Source: Planctomycetota bacterium
GTDB lineage: Bacteria > Planctomycetota > GCA-002687715 > CAIWVZ01
Assembly: GCA_044222185.1 (NCBI GenBank)
Contig: JBGANV010000006.1
Span: forward strand, 320,001 to 384,000
Reading direction: 5' to 3'
Length of the DNA stretch: 64,000 nt
Shown here: positions 62,510 through 64,000 of the stretch, piece after piece
Position numbering within the stretch: the first letter of the stretch is position 1
Layout: every line of letters starts with the position of its first letter
Position numbers and translations under genes: made by a program
The notes under the pieces: generated by a model
Database searches by the model: none
Told to the model about the DNA's origin: nothing
The model's input: only the letters and a program-made list of their open reading frames with translations

Positions 62510-64000
62510 CTACCGCGCGTCGCGCAGCGCCGCCTCGATCTCCGCCAGCAGACCCTTCACGGTGGCATCGTCCGGCAGGAGGCTGGCGGCCGTGCGCGCC
62601 TCGGCGAGGGCTCGCGTCAGCTCGCCGCGGCTTGCGAGCGCGATCGCAAGGTTGTGATGGGCGTCCCCGAGCTTGGGGTCGAGCTGCGTCGCCGCGGAGA
62701 ACTGGACGACGGCGGCATCGACGGCGCCGCGCCCGAGCATCAGGGCTCCGAGCTGAACGCGCAGGTCAGCGGCGTCCGGATCGAACCGGACGGCTTCGAT
62801 CAGATGCCGCTCGGCGGCGTCGCTCCGCCCCGCGGTGAACTCGCGTCGTCCGAGCACGCGGTGAAACTCTCCCAGGGCTCGGTGAACGCGCGGTTGCTCG
62901 AGGAGCCCCAGTCGCTCGGCGGCCGCGAGGTGATGGCGGATCCGCTCGGCCTCCGCGTCGTCGGCGAACGCGGACGCCTTCGCGGCGTCGAACGCGCGGA
63001 GCCCGAGGAAGGCGTGGTACCGAACGAATGCGGAGTGGATCGCGAGTGCCATCATGCCTGCAAATGCGGCCGCGAAGACGATCCCCGCCGCGCGCGTTCG
63101 CCCGCCGGACCGCAGCGGAATTCGCGCGAAGCGGACATCCTGGCCTCGCATCCACCGCACGAAGAGGACCGCCGCGAGCGATAGGACGATCGCGATCGTG
63201 ATCGAGAGAAAGAACGGGATGATGTCGTAGAGACCGCGGAGCACGGCGAGGAGCGCACAGAACAGCACGCCGAGCGCGAGGTCCTCGGGCCAGCTGAAGT
63301 CGTACAACCGCCGCACGGGCCGGGCCGGTCCAGCACTCGTGATGAGGCCGGGGAGGCCGACGCCGACGTAGAGACGCTGCTCCGGACAGACCGCGACGCA
63401 ATCGAGGTCCTTGAGGCACCTCGGGTCGACGATCGTGCCGTAGCGCGCGATCTCCTCGTGAACCCGGACGCGCGAGTCGCAAACCGACGTGCAGACGCCG
63501 CAACCGTCGCAGGAACCGCGAGCGCGGATCCGGACGGGCGCGAGTCTGTCGGCAAGTCCGAACACCGCCCCGTATGGGCAGGCGTAGTTGCAGAACGCGC
63601 GCGTTCCGAGGAAGTAGACGGCGGCGAATCCGACCGTGACGAAGGTGAGGATGGCGATTCCGGGCCCGGGCAGGTTGCGCGTGTAGTTCTCGGTCACGAA
63701 CGAGGCCCAGCCCTCCGCGTCACCGGCGACGCGGAAACCCGGCCACGGTCGCCCGGCCGCGATGCGTTCGACTTGCGGCCAGACGAACATGTACCCGGCG
63801 ACGGCGATGGGTATCCAGAGAAACACGCGGCTCCGGATCGGACGGGGAGGCACGTGAAGTTTGCGGAGGATCCACGCCGAGAGGTCCTGCAATGCCACGA
63901 TGTGACATCCCCAGCTGCAGAAGAACCGGCCGAAGATCAGCGTCGAGAGAATGGCGATCGCCATGAAGATGAACCCGGCCGTGACGATCCCGAGTTCGGC
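62510..64000 (-). CDS. Membrane 4Fe-4S binding protein (NosR/NapH/RdxA-like) with C-terminal TPRs, 5'-partial
   Basis: GRFFCSWGC, RAFCNYACPYG, CDGCGVCTSVC, CLKDLDCVAVCP; TM helices; TPRs. Frame open to the window end. Confidence 0.85.
   Translation of the reverse strand, partial: AELGIVTAGFIFMAIAILSTLIFGRFFCSWGCHIVALQDLSAWILRKLHVPPRPIRSRVFLWIPIAVAGYMFVWPQVERIAAGRPWPGFRVAGDAEGWASFVTENYTRNLPGPGIAILTFVTVGFAAVYFLGTRAFCNYACPYGAVFGLADRLAPVRIRARGSCDGCGVCTSVCDSRVRVHEEIARYGTIVDPRCLKDLDCVAVCPEQRLYVGVGLPGLITSAGPARPVRRLYDFSWPEDLALGVLFCALLAVLRGLYDIIPFFLSITIAIVLSLAAVLFVRWMRGQDVRFARIPLRSGGRTRAAGIVFAAAFAGMMALAIHSAFVRYHAFLGLRAFDAAKASAFADDAEAERIRHHLAAAERLGLLEQPRVHRALGEFHRVLGRREFTAGRSDAAERHLIEAVRFDPDAADLRVQLGALMLGRGAVDAAVVQFSAATQLDPKLGDAHHNLAIALASRGELTRALAEARTAASLLPDDATVKGLLAEIEAALRDAR

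Overview
High-GC (roughly 70% by eye) bacterial chromosome segment with about 43 protein-coding genes and no recognisable rRNA, tRNA or CRISPR array. Gene content suggests Planctomycetota; this is inference from ECF sigma/Ser-Thr kinase pairs, FG-GAP, ASPIC-UnbV and carboxypeptidase-regulatory-like proteins, and a Tat-exported Gfo/Idh/MocA enzyme. Routine genes include apbE, an HtrA protease, acs, an aldo/keto reductase, DPP-IV, a nitrilase-family enzyme, a rhomboid, a CPBP protease and two S8 peptidases. Most notable: (1) a tightly coupled operon of transglutaminase-like lipoprotein, TusA, DsrE and a TusA::core-MetE fusion, preceded by a sigma70-like promoter and a 15-codon Cys-containing uORF, a candidate undescribed sulfur-relay/thiol-alkylation system; (2) six unrelated secreted proteins ending in one of two shared ~110-125 aa C-terminal domains, candidate sorting/anchoring signals; (3) an EF-P paralogue lacking both the PGKG and GDT loops, with a 24-aa membrane peptide ORF upstream; (4) a Xer-like and a UvrD-like gene with substituted catalytic residues; (5) a 5 x 193-bp REP/BIME-like array split by a frameshifted IS3-family element, plus a related 2 x 116-bp array with compensatory stem changes; (6) repeated leaderless-gene architecture. 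All calls come from reading motifs by eye; no database searches were run.
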